This document shows, piece by piece, positions 45,265-54,182 of a stretch of 64,000 bases of DNA. Under the pieces are notes generated by a model. It worked only from the letters and a program-made list of their open reading frames with translations, was not told where the DNA came from and made no database searches. Positions within the stretch are counted from its first letter, which is position 1. Every line of letters begins with the position of its first letter. Both the position numbers and the translations under genes were made by a program. This DNA is from Candidatus Sulfotelmatobacter sp. (GTDB lineage: Bacteria > Acidobacteriota > Terriglobia > Terriglobales > Acidobacteriaceae), in assembly GCA_049512655.1 (NCBI GenBank), contig JBEKWW010000030.1, positions 12,731 through 76,730 on the forward strand, read 5' to 3'.

Positions 45265-46311
45265 TTACAGGAGAGCCCGCGTAGAGTCTCGCACGACCAG
45301 TTCCGGCGGCACTTTACCGTGCTGTGCCGCCACTTCGCGCTTTTCAAGCACCGCTTTGATGCCTTCGAGCACGACTCCCACGGCCCCCGCGCCCATGGCC
45401 TGCATAGGCTGACGTACCGTGGTGAGCGATGGCGTCCCCAACGCCGATGCCGCAACATCATCGAAGCCGATGACCGAACAATGGTCGGGAACGCGCATTC
45501 CGTTTTTGCTGAGGGCGCGAATCGCACCAAAGGCGGTCATATCATCGAAGGCGAGAATCGCGGTGAATTCCCGTTTCTGGTTGATTAGATCTTGGGTCAG
45601 TTTCTTGCCGGCCTCAAAGCTGGAGATGGGATCGCGAGATTCGGGCAGCTCGACGATCAATTTTGGATCCAGATCAAGCCCGTATTTTTTCGCGCTGCTG
45701 CGAATGCCGCGCCAGCGTGGAGAACTGTCGAACAGACTCTTCGGGCCGCGTATAAATGCAATCTTGCGATGGCCAAGCGCGTAGAGATGTTCGAGCGCCA
45801 GCGATCCGCCGACTTCATTGTCCACTGTGACGGAGCTGATCGCATCCCCTTTAAGTTCGCATCCGATGATAGCGGTGGGGATACTGTTTTTTTCCAGATC
45901 GGCAAGCAAATTAATATTCAAGAATAGCCAGTTTGCCAGAACGATTAGGCCTTCGATGCGGCGGTCGAGCAGCATTTCGAGATACCGCTCGAAACGACTG
46001 CGTTCGTTCTGCACGTCGGTAAGAATGGGCAGGTACGACGCTTCGTAAAGTGTATTCTCGATGCCGCGCAGTACCAAAGGACAATAGGGGTCGGTCATAT
46101 CGAAGACCATGACCCCAACTGTGTGGCTGCGTTTGCTGCGCAAGGATCGCGCGAACTGGTTCGGGCGATAGCCTAATTTTTCCGCGGCGCGCTCAATACG
46201 CTTCTTGGTGACCAGCGGGATATACCGTGCCAGCGGCGCGTCATTAAGGACGATCGAAACCGTTGTGGAAGAAAATCCACTCTCCTTGGCCACATCGCGA
46301 ATCGTCACCAT
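45265..46311 (-). CDS. LacI family transcriptional regulator
   Basis: N-terminal HTH MVTIRDVAKESGFSSTTVSIVLN...YRPNQFARSLRS plus a periplasmic-binding-protein-like core. Confidence 0.9.
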   Translation of the reverse strand: MVTIRDVAKESGFSSTTVSIVLNDAPLARYIPLVTKKRIERAAEKLGYRPNQFARSLRSKRSHTVGVMVFDMTDPYCPLVLRGIENTLYEASYLPILTDVQNERSRFERYLEMLLDRRIEGLIVLANWLFLNINLLADLEKNSIPTAIIGCELKGDAISSVTVDNEVGGSLALEHLYALGHRKIAFIRGPKSLFDSSPRWRGIRSSAKKYGLDLDPKLIVELPESRDPISSFEAGKKLTQDLINQKREFTAILAFDDMTAFGAIRALSKNGMRVPDHCSVIGFDDVAASALGTPSLTTVRQPMQAMGAGAVGVVLEGIKAVLEKREVAAQHGKVPPELVVRDSTRALL

Positions 46312-46429
46312 GAATCTTGCCTTTGCCTGCCTATCGTGTCGCAGTAAGTCCGCGGCTAAGTTTCTGACTGCATCCTGCCGCTTGATTTCATCGCGGAGGT
46401 TGGCGACACTACAGCAGAGACGAACCCGA

Positions 46430-47641
46430 GTGTCAAGCGTACAAATTCGATCCGCAATTTCAGTTTGCCTTTCTTTTGCCTGTTTGGCGTTAGCCGCCGC
46501 GGCACAAGCGCCTGCTCAAAGCGCGTCAGCGGCCCAGCCGGCGACCGATCCGGCGGCGGTGTTCCGGGCCGGCCAGGACGCGCTGAATGCGAACCGGCTC
46601 AGCGATGCGGAGCGCGACTTCCGCGAAGTTATTGCCGCCAACCCCCACGCGGGCGAAGCTTACGCGAATGTTGGCGTGGTCTATATGCGCCGCAAACAGT
46701 GGACGAGTGCTCTCAAGATGCTGGAGAAAGCCCAGCAACTCATGCCACAGGCCGCCGGAATCCGCTTGAACATCGGTCTCGTTTACTTCCGGCAGAACCA
46801 ATTTCTAAAAGCGATTCCTCCTCTCGAATCGGTAGTGCGGGATCAACCCGAAGCAGTCCAACCGCGCCATCTTCTGGGCCTGTGTTACTTCTTCGCCGAT
46901 CGCTGGGCGGATGCCGCTAATACGCTCGAACCGCTGTGGGGCCAGGAATCCAGCCAGTTGAGTTACTTATACGTCCTCTCCATAGCGGCGCACCGTTCCG
47001 GCCTGAAAGAACTCGACGACCGGGCCACTGCTCGCCTCATTGAGACTGGGGATGGCTCGCCCGAATTTCATTTGTTCATGGGCAAGGCTCATCTCAATCT
47101 TCAGCAGTATGAGTTAGCACTGGCAGATTTTCAGGCTGCCGCAAAGGCGAATCCCATGTTGACTTTCGTTCATTTCAACCTGGGACTTACCTACTTGAAG
47201 AAGCAGGATTACGAGCATGCGCGCGATGAATTCCTTGCCGACGCAGCCGTCGAGCCCGATCTGGCCTTCAATTACGACGAACTGGGGGACGTCTACGCTC
47301 TCATGCAGCAGGATGGCAACGCGGAGAAGAGTTACCGCGATGCGCTACGGCGCGATCCGCGTCTGGTGAATCCCTACATGGGTCTCGGCAAGATTTATCA
47401 ACGAGAGCAGAAATACCACGAGGCACTCGCGGCCATCGATTCCGCTGATAAGCTGGATCCAGACAGGACCGACATCCACTACTTACGTGGTCAGATACTG
47501 CTGCGGCTCGGCCGCAAGCAAGAGGGCCGCAAAGAGCTCGAAACCGCAGTCCACATCGATAATCGAGACCGTGCTGAAAGGCAGAAGCAGGTGGAAAGCG
47601 GGACGATTCCCTCGCCAGAACTGCTTCAAATCGACCAGTAA
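46430..47641 (+). CDS. Secreted tetratricopeptide-repeat protein
   Basis: The track ORF starts at 46205 but overlaps the divergent LacI start. In-frame GTG 46430 gives a signal peptide (SSVQIRSAISVCLSFACLALAAAAQA). Multiple TPR units follow. Confidence 0.7.
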   Translation: MSSVQIRSAISVCLSFACLALAAAAQAPAQSASAAQPATDPAAVFRAGQDALNANRLSDAERDFREVIAANPHAGEAYANVGVVYMRRKQWTSALKMLEKAQQLMPQAAGIRLNIGLVYFRQNQFLKAIPPLESVVRDQPEAVQPRHLLGLCYFFADRWADAANTLEPLWGQESSQLSYLYVLSIAAHRSGLKELDDRATARLIETGDGSPEFHLFMGKAHLNLQQYELALADFQAAAKANPMLTFVHFNLGLTYLKKQDYEHARDEFLADAAVEPDLAFNYDELGDVYALMQQDGNAEKSYRDALRRDPRLVNPYMGLGKIYQREQKYHEALAAIDSADKLDPDRTDIHYLRGQILLRLGRKQEGRKELETAVHIDNRDRAERQKQVESGTIPSPELLQIDQ

Positions 47642-47726
47642 AGTCTTCCTCCCTGATCACGTTTTCACTATGTTATTACTTTGGTAATCTAAGCTGGATT
47701 TTGATTAAGATCGCTGCGCGATTTGG

Positions 47727-47755
47727 TTGACAATCGCCGCGTTCAACGCCATACT
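47727..47755 (+). promoter_or_regulatory. Putative promoter of the SBBP-repeat gene
   Basis: TTGACA (47727-47732), 17 nt spacer, CATACT (47750-47755). The inverted repeat ATCGC-tgc-GCGAT (47710-47722) sits just upstream. Confidence 0.35.
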
Positions 47756-47888
47756 CGCGAACGAGCAGCCGAGAACGTTAGAGCGAATTCCCCGTCCGGC
47801 GGACCTGCACTACCCGCTGCATTTAGCCGGCTCGCATCAAGATCTTTGAACAATTTGAGTTTTGCCGAGTCATTCCAGGAGGATGTTC

Positions 47889-50726
47889 GTGTCGAAATCA
47901 TCTGCCTCGACCCGCCGGAGATATGCCCTTTGCAGCGCGTGTGTTATTGCCCTGGCTGTCATCGCCGGCGCGATTTTAATAGTTTCTCCCGCTCATCGCG
48001 TGGGAGCCAAATCTGATTCTTCACGGGCGGGTGCATTTTCCGCGAAACCAATTCAGGCTTCCTTTGCCGCTCTCCCACTCGTCTTCGAACAGAATCAAGG
48101 GCAGACTGATGCGCAAGTGAAATACGTGGCGCGGGCAAATGGCTACCAGCTTTTCTTGACCAGCCATGATGCCGTCTTCTCCTTGCACTCGAAATCTTCG
48201 TCCAGTGAAGCGGCTGCGCGCCGCGAGTCCCGAACCCCACAACTCGAAAACAGAAACTTAGGCGATCATCGGAAAAGTCGATCCTCCGCAGTTCGGATGC
48301 GGCTGGTGAACGGAAACGCCGACGCCACGGTGACCGCGGCGGACCCGTTGCCAGGGAAATCCAATTATTTCATCGGCAATGATCCAAAGAACTGGCACAC
48401 AAACATTGCGCAGTTCGCGCGCGTTTCCTATAAGAATATTTATCCGGGCATCGACCTGGCTTATTACGGCGAGCAGAGCAAGCTGGAGTTCGACTTCATC
48501 GTCGCCCCGCAATCCGATCCTGCAGCTATCGATCTTGCATTCACCGGCGCCGAACGGTTGGCCACGGACGCATCCGGCAACCTCGTCATATCTTCGGCTG
48601 CCGGGGATGTCCTCCTTCACAAGCCGATTGCTTACCAGCGGCAAAGCGGCGCTCGCCAGCTTGTCGACGCTCAATTCGTGCTCAAACCTCACAACCAGGT
48701 TCAGTTTCACTTGGGCGAGTACGACCGCAGCCGTGAATTAGTCATTGATCCAACAGTTACCTACGCCACTTATTTAGGCGGCAACGCCGAGGATGATGCC
48801 TACGGGATCGGCTTTGACGGGAGCGGAAATGCTTATCTGACGGGGCAGACGGAATCCACGGACTTCCCTGGGACTGCAGCGAACACTTATGACGCGTCCT
48901 TCGATGTTTTTGTTACCGAGATCGCCGCGAATGGAGCGAGCCTGGTCTACTCAACCTATGTTGGCGGCAGCCGCGCCGATAGCGGAAATGCGTTGGCCGT
49001 GGATCCTTCTGGCGATGTATTTGTGGCGGGAGGCACCAGTTCGCCCGATTTCCCGACGACCGCAGGGTCCTTCCAGCCGAGTTTCGGTGGTGGAACCCTT
49101 AACGCGTTCGTATTCGAATTGAAGCCTGGCGGCGCGGCTCTTACTTACAACACGTATCTTGGCGGCACTGGGATGGACTACGCCAACGGCATCGCGATCG
49201 ATAGCACTGGCGCATATGTGATCGGGTCGACAACCTCGGCTGACTTCCCTGCGCCGGCACCATTATTTCCGTCGGCACTGTCTGGGAGCAGTAACGGCTT
49301 CGTGACAAAGTTAAATCCAACCGGAACCGCCTTGCTGTATTCCACATTCCTCGGCGGTTCGGGCGATTTCGCTTCAGCCGTTGCAGTGTTATCAAATCAA
49401 GCCTACGTAACCGGGACAACACAGAATACGACATTCCCCACAACCAGTCAGTCATTTCAGAGCACTTGCGCATCCTGTAGTTCCACCTCAACTGACGCTT
49501 TCGTTACTGTCTTCAATTCATCCGGAACCGGACTCGTCTATTCAACATTCCTCGGAGGCTCGGGCACAGACGCTGGCCTGGGTATTGCGGTCGATTCTTC
49601 TGGAGACGCCTACGTTACAGGATTCACCCAGTCGGCGGACTTCCCCGTGCAATCTCCCTGGCAGAAGACTATCGGCAGCACGCAAGCTCCGCCGCAAAAT
49701 GCCTTCGTTAGCAAATTGAATCCGTCTGGAAGCTCACTGGTGTATTCGACATATCTTGGCGGTAACTCGAGCGACGGCGGCAACAGCATCGCAGTAGATA
49801 CAAATAACAACGCCTACGTTACCGGCCAGGCTGGATCGCCTAACTTTCCCTTGGAGCAACCGACTCAGGGAACATTGGGAGGGGGAAATGATGCGTTCGT
49901 GAGCTTATTCAACTCTTCTGGATCGTTGTTCTTCTCCACCTATCTTGGTGGGTCGCAGAACGAGAATACCTACACTTCCGGAGCGACGGCTCCCCTCGGT
50001 TCGATTGCGGCAGATGGCAAGGGGAACGTTTACGTAACCGGAAATACCTTCTCCACGGATTTCCCGACAGCGGCCGCGTCTGGGACCGAAGTTTTCCAGA
50101 CGGCTTGCGCGTCGTGCGGAGCGGCCACGCCCACGCCCGACGCATTCCTAGCAAAATACTCCGTGCCTAGCACCGGCGATTTTTCCGTGACCGCGACCAC
50201 GCCCGCATCGGTGAATGCTGGCTCGTCCGGGAGTTCAACCGTGACGCTGGTTTCAATCAATGGCTACAATTCGGCAGTGAACCTGAGTTGCAGCGTGACC
50301 GGATCCGGATCGCCGTTGCCCGCTTGCGCCGGGGCAAGCAGCTTCAGTCCAAACCCCGCCACGCCAACAGGAACTGGTGCAAGCTCAACTCTTACCATTA
50401 CCACCACCGGTTCGACATCCGCGTTGGTTCGGCCGGCAAAATTCTTCTACGCGATGTGGCTGCCGCTCGCAGGCATATCGCTGGCAGGTGTAGGATTCGG
50501 ATCTCCTCGTACCCGTCGAAAAAAGCTTCTGAGCCTGCTGATGATCGGCATAGTGATGGCAGTTCTTTTCCTGATGCCAGCTTGCGGCGGCGGCAAGAGC
50601 GGCGGTGGTGGCGGCGGCGGAGGCACCGGAACTCCGGCTGGCTCGTACACGGTTACGATCACGGCTACGGGAACCGATTCAGGAGCGACCACACATTCCA
50701 CTACCGTGACTCTGAAGGTCAATTAG
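47889..50726 (+). CDS. Large secreted SBBP (beta-propeller) repeat protein ending in Ig-like domains, the last one split by a TM-hairpin insertion
   Basis: AGGAGG at 47877-47882 favours GTG 47889 (ATG 47883 and TTG 47862 are alternatives). About 10 repeats of the type YSTYLGG.G.D.G.GIAVDS.GNAYVTG.T.S.DFP. For the C-terminus see findings. Confidence 0.85.
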   Translation: MSKSSASTRRRYALCSACVIALAVIAGAILIVSPAHRVGAKSDSSRAGAFSAKPIQASFAALPLVFEQNQGQTDAQVKYVARANGYQLFLTSHDAVFSLHSKSSSSEAAARRESRTPQLENRNLGDHRKSRSSAVRMRLVNGNADATVTAADPLPGKSNYFIGNDPKNWHTNIAQFARVSYKNIYPGIDLAYYGEQSKLEFDFIVAPQSDPAAIDLAFTGAERLATDASGNLVISSAAGDVLLHKPIAYQRQSGARQLVDAQFVLKPHNQVQFHLGEYDRSRELVIDPTVTYATYLGGNAEDDAYGIGFDGSGNAYLTGQTESTDFPGTAANTYDASFDVFVTEIAANGASLVYSTYVGGSRADSGNALAVDPSGDVFVAGGTSSPDFPTTAGSFQPSFGGGTLNAFVFELKPGGAALTYNTYLGGTGMDYANGIAIDSTGAYVIGSTTSADFPAPAPLFPSALSGSSNGFVTKLNPTGTALLYSTFLGGSGDFASAVAVLSNQAYVTGTTQNTTFPTTSQSFQSTCASCSSTSTDAFVTVFNSSGTGLVYSTFLGGSGTDAGLGIAVDSSGDAYVTGFTQSADFPVQSPWQKTIGSTQAPPQNAFVSKLNPSGSSLVYSTYLGGNSSDGGNSIAVDTNNNAYVTGQAGSPNFPLEQPTQGTLGGGNDAFVSLFNSSGSLFFSTYLGGSQNENTYTSGATAPLGSIAADGKGNVYVTGNTFSTDFPTAAASGTEVFQTACASCGAATPTPDAFLAKYSVPSTGDFSVTATTPASVNAGSSGSSTVTLVSINGYNSAVNLSCSVTGSGSPLPACAGASSFSPNPATPTGTGASSTLTITTTGSTSALVRPAKFFYAMWLPLAGISLAGVGFGSPRTRRKKLLSLLMIGIVMAVLFLMPACGGGKSGGGGGGGGTGTPAGSYTVTITATGTDSGATTHSTTVTLKVN

Positions 50727-50747
50727 CCCACTAGAAATGCCTTCCAC

Positions 50748-50779
50748 GGCCGCCTTGTACCAAGGCGGCCCTTGCTTTT
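50748..50779 (+). terminator. Rho-independent terminator of the SBBP gene
   Basis: GGCCGCCTTG-tac-CAAGGCGGCC (perfect 10 bp stem) followed by CTTGCTTTT. Confidence 0.75.
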
Positions 50780-50962
50780 GGAGGAAGTTTTCCACGGTCA
50801 GGATTGGCGCAATGGCTGTCTCTAGTCTAAGATTCTTCTTCTGACAATTTCTTTCTGCAACTTGCACAACTTTGTTTTTTCACAACCCGCAAGGGATAGT
50901 TTCCCGCGCGGGCAGCGTTTGCGCCATTGGAGGAATCGAACGTAGTGAGTTCTAATCCATTC

Positions 50963-51961
50963 ATGTTGAATGCCAGGCAGATGCTACGGGCTACTGTATT
51001 TTTGGGGTTACTCTGTATTTTTCCGGTGTCCCAGACGGCTTTTGCTCAAACGGCGACGTTCAGCCTCACCGCGTCTGCGTTCTATCCGACTTCCATCATT
51101 CCGGGAAGCACGGCAACGGCCACACTTGACCTCAGTGTAGGCACGGGCACCTCGGGTCCGGTTGCGTTGAGCTGCACCGTGTCCCCGGCAGTCACCACTG
51201 GAGTTGCTCCGTCGTGTCTTGCCAGTCCGTCGTCCGCAACGCCGGGCGCCACTCCGTCTCTCACGGTAGCGACCACCGCAGGCACCGACGGTACTCCGGC
51301 AGGCTCATACACGTTTACAGTGACCGGCACGGACAGCTCAGGGTATACCCAAACGGCTACGCTTTTCCTGACCATCGTTGATGTTCAGCCGAATTACACC
51401 CTGACGATTTCTACGCCGCTGAGTCCGGGCACAGTAACCGCGGGGAATGGAGCGACCGCTTCGATTCTTGTGACGCCGCTTGCCGGCTACACTGGCAGCG
51501 TAACGCTATCGTGCTTATCAGTTACTCCGGTGGTGACCGCGCCCCCCATCTGCACGTTCTCTCCGCAGCCGGTGGTGATTGTCAATGGTCAGGGGCCTCC
51601 TTCCACCCTGACGATTTCGACCTACGGGACAACGACGGAGCCGGTTGCGAAAGTCTGGACTCCACACATCTTCTACGCCTTCTGGCTGGCCGTACCTGGG
51701 TTGGCGCTGATGGGCGCTGGCGCGACTTCGAAGCGAAAGGGAAAGACCAGACGCACTCTCATGGGATTTTTCTTTCTGATGGCGCTGGGCAGCAGCCTGC
51801 TTTTGCTCCCTTCGTGTAGTTCCACGAACCAGGTGGCAACCAGCACTCTGGTAACGCCCAAAAATACTTACACGATCACTTTAAACGGAGTCGATTCCAG
51901 CGGAGTCTCGCCCAGCAACACGAATACTGCCCTGGCAACCGTCAGCCTCACTGTGAACTAA
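50963..51961 (+). CDS. Secreted protein with two Ig-like domains, the second split by the same TM-hairpin insertion
   Basis: ATG 50963 gives the signal peptide MLNARQMLRATVFLGLLCIFPVSQTAFA. Domain 1 is intact (...PSLTVATTAGTDGTPAGSYTFTVTGTDSSGYTQTATLFLTIV). Domain 2 is interrupted (see findings). Confidence 0.75.
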   Translation: MLNARQMLRATVFLGLLCIFPVSQTAFAQTATFSLTASAFYPTSIIPGSTATATLDLSVGTGTSGPVALSCTVSPAVTTGVAPSCLASPSSATPGATPSLTVATTAGTDGTPAGSYTFTVTGTDSSGYTQTATLFLTIVDVQPNYTLTISTPLSPGTVTAGNGATASILVTPLAGYTGSVTLSCLSVTPVVTAPPICTFSPQPVVIVNGQGPPSTLTISTYGTTTEPVAKVWTPHIFYAFWLAVPGLALMGAGATSKRKGKTRRTLMGFFFLMALGSSLLLLPSCSSTNQVATSTLVTPKNTYTITLNGVDSSGVSPSNTNTALATVSLTVN

Positions 51962-51974
51962 GGCCAGTGCCGAT

Positions 51975-52796
51975 ATGGCTGCGGACGATCCGGTCTTCTG
52001 CACGCCCCGGCGGCCTTGGGGGAAAGTTTCGAGCGTGCGGACTCTATTGCAATCGATCTCGCGCCGGGCAGCGGCGGCCATTCTTATAGTCGTCCCACTT
52101 CTAGTCATCACTCCAGTCGTTTTCGCCGCGCCAGCCACAGGCACCGCCGACAAGCACGGGCCTCCAGTTTTACGCTGGGACGATTCGCAACCGGGCTGCA
52201 CCTTTTCCAAAACCGCGGACGGTAAATACAGTTACGCGATCTGGTCGGGGGACGTGGGGGTAATCATGGCGGTGGATGCTCGCGAGGTGCAGATCATCCG
52301 TCATCGCATCGAGCCTATTTTCGGCCTGTTGCTTACCATCCGCTACCGCGGCGATTCCGGCCTGGACTTGGCGACTAATGGAATCACGCTTCAATTCATG
52401 AAACACTTCAAGATCGTGCAACCCGCGCTTGACCCCGATGGTTACACGGAAAAAATCCAGGCCGATGCGGATAATATTGACGATGAAACCAGACGGATTG
52501 ATGAAAGACATCCGGAAAAGAAAGAATCGCGTGAAGCCCGCGAGCAGGATTATCAAAAATCGATCACGGAACTGATTGAGTTTCTGGCTAAGCATAGCCT
52601 CCGTCCGGAGCGACTTGACCGCGCACATCCCGAAGCAACCGGCTGGGTATTCTTCAATACCGCAAACAAGTGGCTGGGAGGATGGAAAGCTCAGGAGGAT
52701 TTTGTTCTGCGCGTGCCGTTGGATGGAAAAATCTTTGAATTCCCTTTTAAACTTCCCCCCCAGCCGGGCGAACTCCTGCTGCGAAAACGCGAATAA
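51975..52796 (+). CDS. Hypothetical exported/anchored protein
   Basis: Starts 13 nt after the previous stop (an alternative GTG at 52035 lies before AAAAILIVVPLLVITPVVFAAPA). A beta-rich region is followed by an acidic/basic helical segment. No family recognised. Confidence 0.55.
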   Translation: MAADDPVFCTPRRPWGKVSSVRTLLQSISRRAAAAILIVVPLLVITPVVFAAPATGTADKHGPPVLRWDDSQPGCTFSKTADGKYSYAIWSGDVGVIMAVDAREVQIIRHRIEPIFGLLLTIRYRGDSGLDLATNGITLQFMKHFKIVQPALDPDGYTEKIQADADNIDDETRRIDERHPEKKESREAREQDYQKSITELIEFLAKHSLRPERLDRAHPEATGWVFFNTANKWLGGWKAQEDFVLRVPLDGKIFEFPFKLPPQPGELLLRKRE

Positions 52797-52821
52797 GACA
52801 GAAATAAACATATAAATAATT

Positions 52822-52850
52822 GGGAGCGGCCGTGAGGCCGCCCCTCGTTT
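52822..52850. terminator. Hairpin between convergent genes (likely bidirectional terminator)
   Basis: GGGAGCGGCC-gtga-GGCCGCCCC (9 bp with one bulged A). T-rich flank on the minus-strand side and TCGTTTG on the plus side. Confidence 0.55.
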
Positions 52851-52869
52851 GAATCGTGGCTGATTAAAG

Positions 52870-53448
52870 TTAGAACCGGAACTGCGGGCCCAGCGTCACC
52901 CGCAAATTATTGTGGGCTCCATTCTGGAAGTAGATATCATCACCCGCCTCGCCGCGAATGCCAATGGGACCGGCAAAGGCCTCGAAACCGCCGCCCGGAT
53001 AAATTGCAAACTGCGTGGTGCCGGTAAGGCCAACCGCTTTCGTGAATCCGGCGGTCGGGTTGCTATTGGTAATTGAAAAATTCTCAAATCCTACTTTTCC
53101 GGTCACAAACACCCGGAAGGCCCCCGACCCTGTCTGAAATTTCGGCCCAAAGTATCCGTGCAGCGGGCGCAGTTTGGAGGGCACGAGTTCAGTGGATATG
53201 CCGTTGCTATAAGTTTGCGTAAAGCTGCGCTTGAAGTCGTAGGCCATCTCTGCTTCTATTTGAATACTGGGGCGAATGGCTACCGCGAAGCGGCCGCCAA
53301 TACCGGCAAAGTTCTCGACCGGCGTGGTAGTGCTGAAGCGGAAGTAATCGGCAAATGCGCCGACCTCAATGTGGTCAGAATTTTGCGCGAACAGCGCGGG
53401 TGCTGCAAATATCAGCATGGAAATGGTGCCCAACAAAAGTCGTTTCAT
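52870..53448 (-). CDS. Outer-membrane beta-barrel protein (OmpW/OmpA-like small porin family)
   Basis: AAGGAG RBS and signal peptide. Alternating amphipathic beta strands and a terminal aromatic ...LGPQFRF. Confidence 0.8.
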   Translation of the reverse strand: MKRLLLGTISMLIFAAPALFAQNSDHIEVGAFADYFRFSTTTPVENFAGIGGRFAVAIRPSIQIEAEMAYDFKRSFTQTYSNGISTELVPSKLRPLHGYFGPKFQTGSGAFRVFVTGKVGFENFSITNSNPTAGFTKAVGLTGTTQFAIYPGGGFEAFAGPIGIRGEAGDDIYFQNGAHNNLRVTLGPQFRF

Positions 53449-53631
53449 ATTTCAACTTCGCTCCTTGCGCGTGATTAGTTCCGGCGCACTTCTCTTGGCA
53501 GCCAGAGAACCAAAAATGCTGCGAGAACTTGCCACTCAGATGAGACACGATGTTTGAAAGGTTGCTGAACGCGCTGGAGTGGCGCGGGGCGCAGCTAAAC
53601 AGCGCAACAACTTGTTGAGCTTGGCCTGGAT

Positions 53632-54033
53632 TTACTGTAGATGATTCAGGTGTATGGGACGAGCGTCCCCTGTGGTTTCACTCAGCGGCATTACCGCGAT
53701 TACGGTATATTCGCGCTCTTTCGAGTCAACACCTTCCGCTCGAAGCAGGAACTTATTTTTTTCGGCTCGAAACTGCACTCGTTCGCCGACCGGAAGAAGA
53801 ACGGTACGCTTCGGATTCCTGGACCGCACGCGGTAAACCACTCGATCCGTTTGAAGGGTATATTCCTGGCAACGCGATTCATGAGCTTTCACGCCATTCG
53901 CGTCGCTCTGCTGCGTGCCGCACTGTACAGACTCCATCTGCGAGATGGTGCCCGCTTGATAAGCCTTGGGCGTCTGGGCGATGGCGGTTACGGCCAGAAA
54001 GATCGACGCGGCGATGGGCAAATGATGACGCAT
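53632..54033 (-). CDS. Hypothetical secreted protein
   Basis: Signal peptide MRHHLPIAASIFLAVTAIAQ and a beta-rich mature part with two Cys. No family recognised. Confidence 0.5.
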   Translation of the reverse strand: MRHHLPIAASIFLAVTAIAQTPKAYQAGTISQMESVQCGTQQSDANGVKAHESRCQEYTLQTDRVVYRVRSRNPKRTVLLPVGERVQFRAEKNKFLLRAEGVDSKEREYTVIAVMPLSETTGDARPIHLNHLQ

Positions 54034-54182
54034 AAATTTTCAGACGAAAGCGTACACAAATCGCCAGGGTCTGCTACCAGTTAGTATTTCTTAATCTAGT
54101 GTTTCGCAATCCGTGAAGGGTAGTTAGATCACAACAGTCATCGAACTGAGGTAACTTCGGCTGTGGGAACGCGATTGGTGGA

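Noticed and set aside
50436-50525. PEP-CTERM / LPXTG / GlyGly-CTERM type sorting signal in the SBBP protein
   Set aside because: The TM-plus-basic unit lacks the PEP, LPXTG or GG motifs and is not C-terminal. About 66 further residues follow in frame, and the same layout recurs in the next gene.
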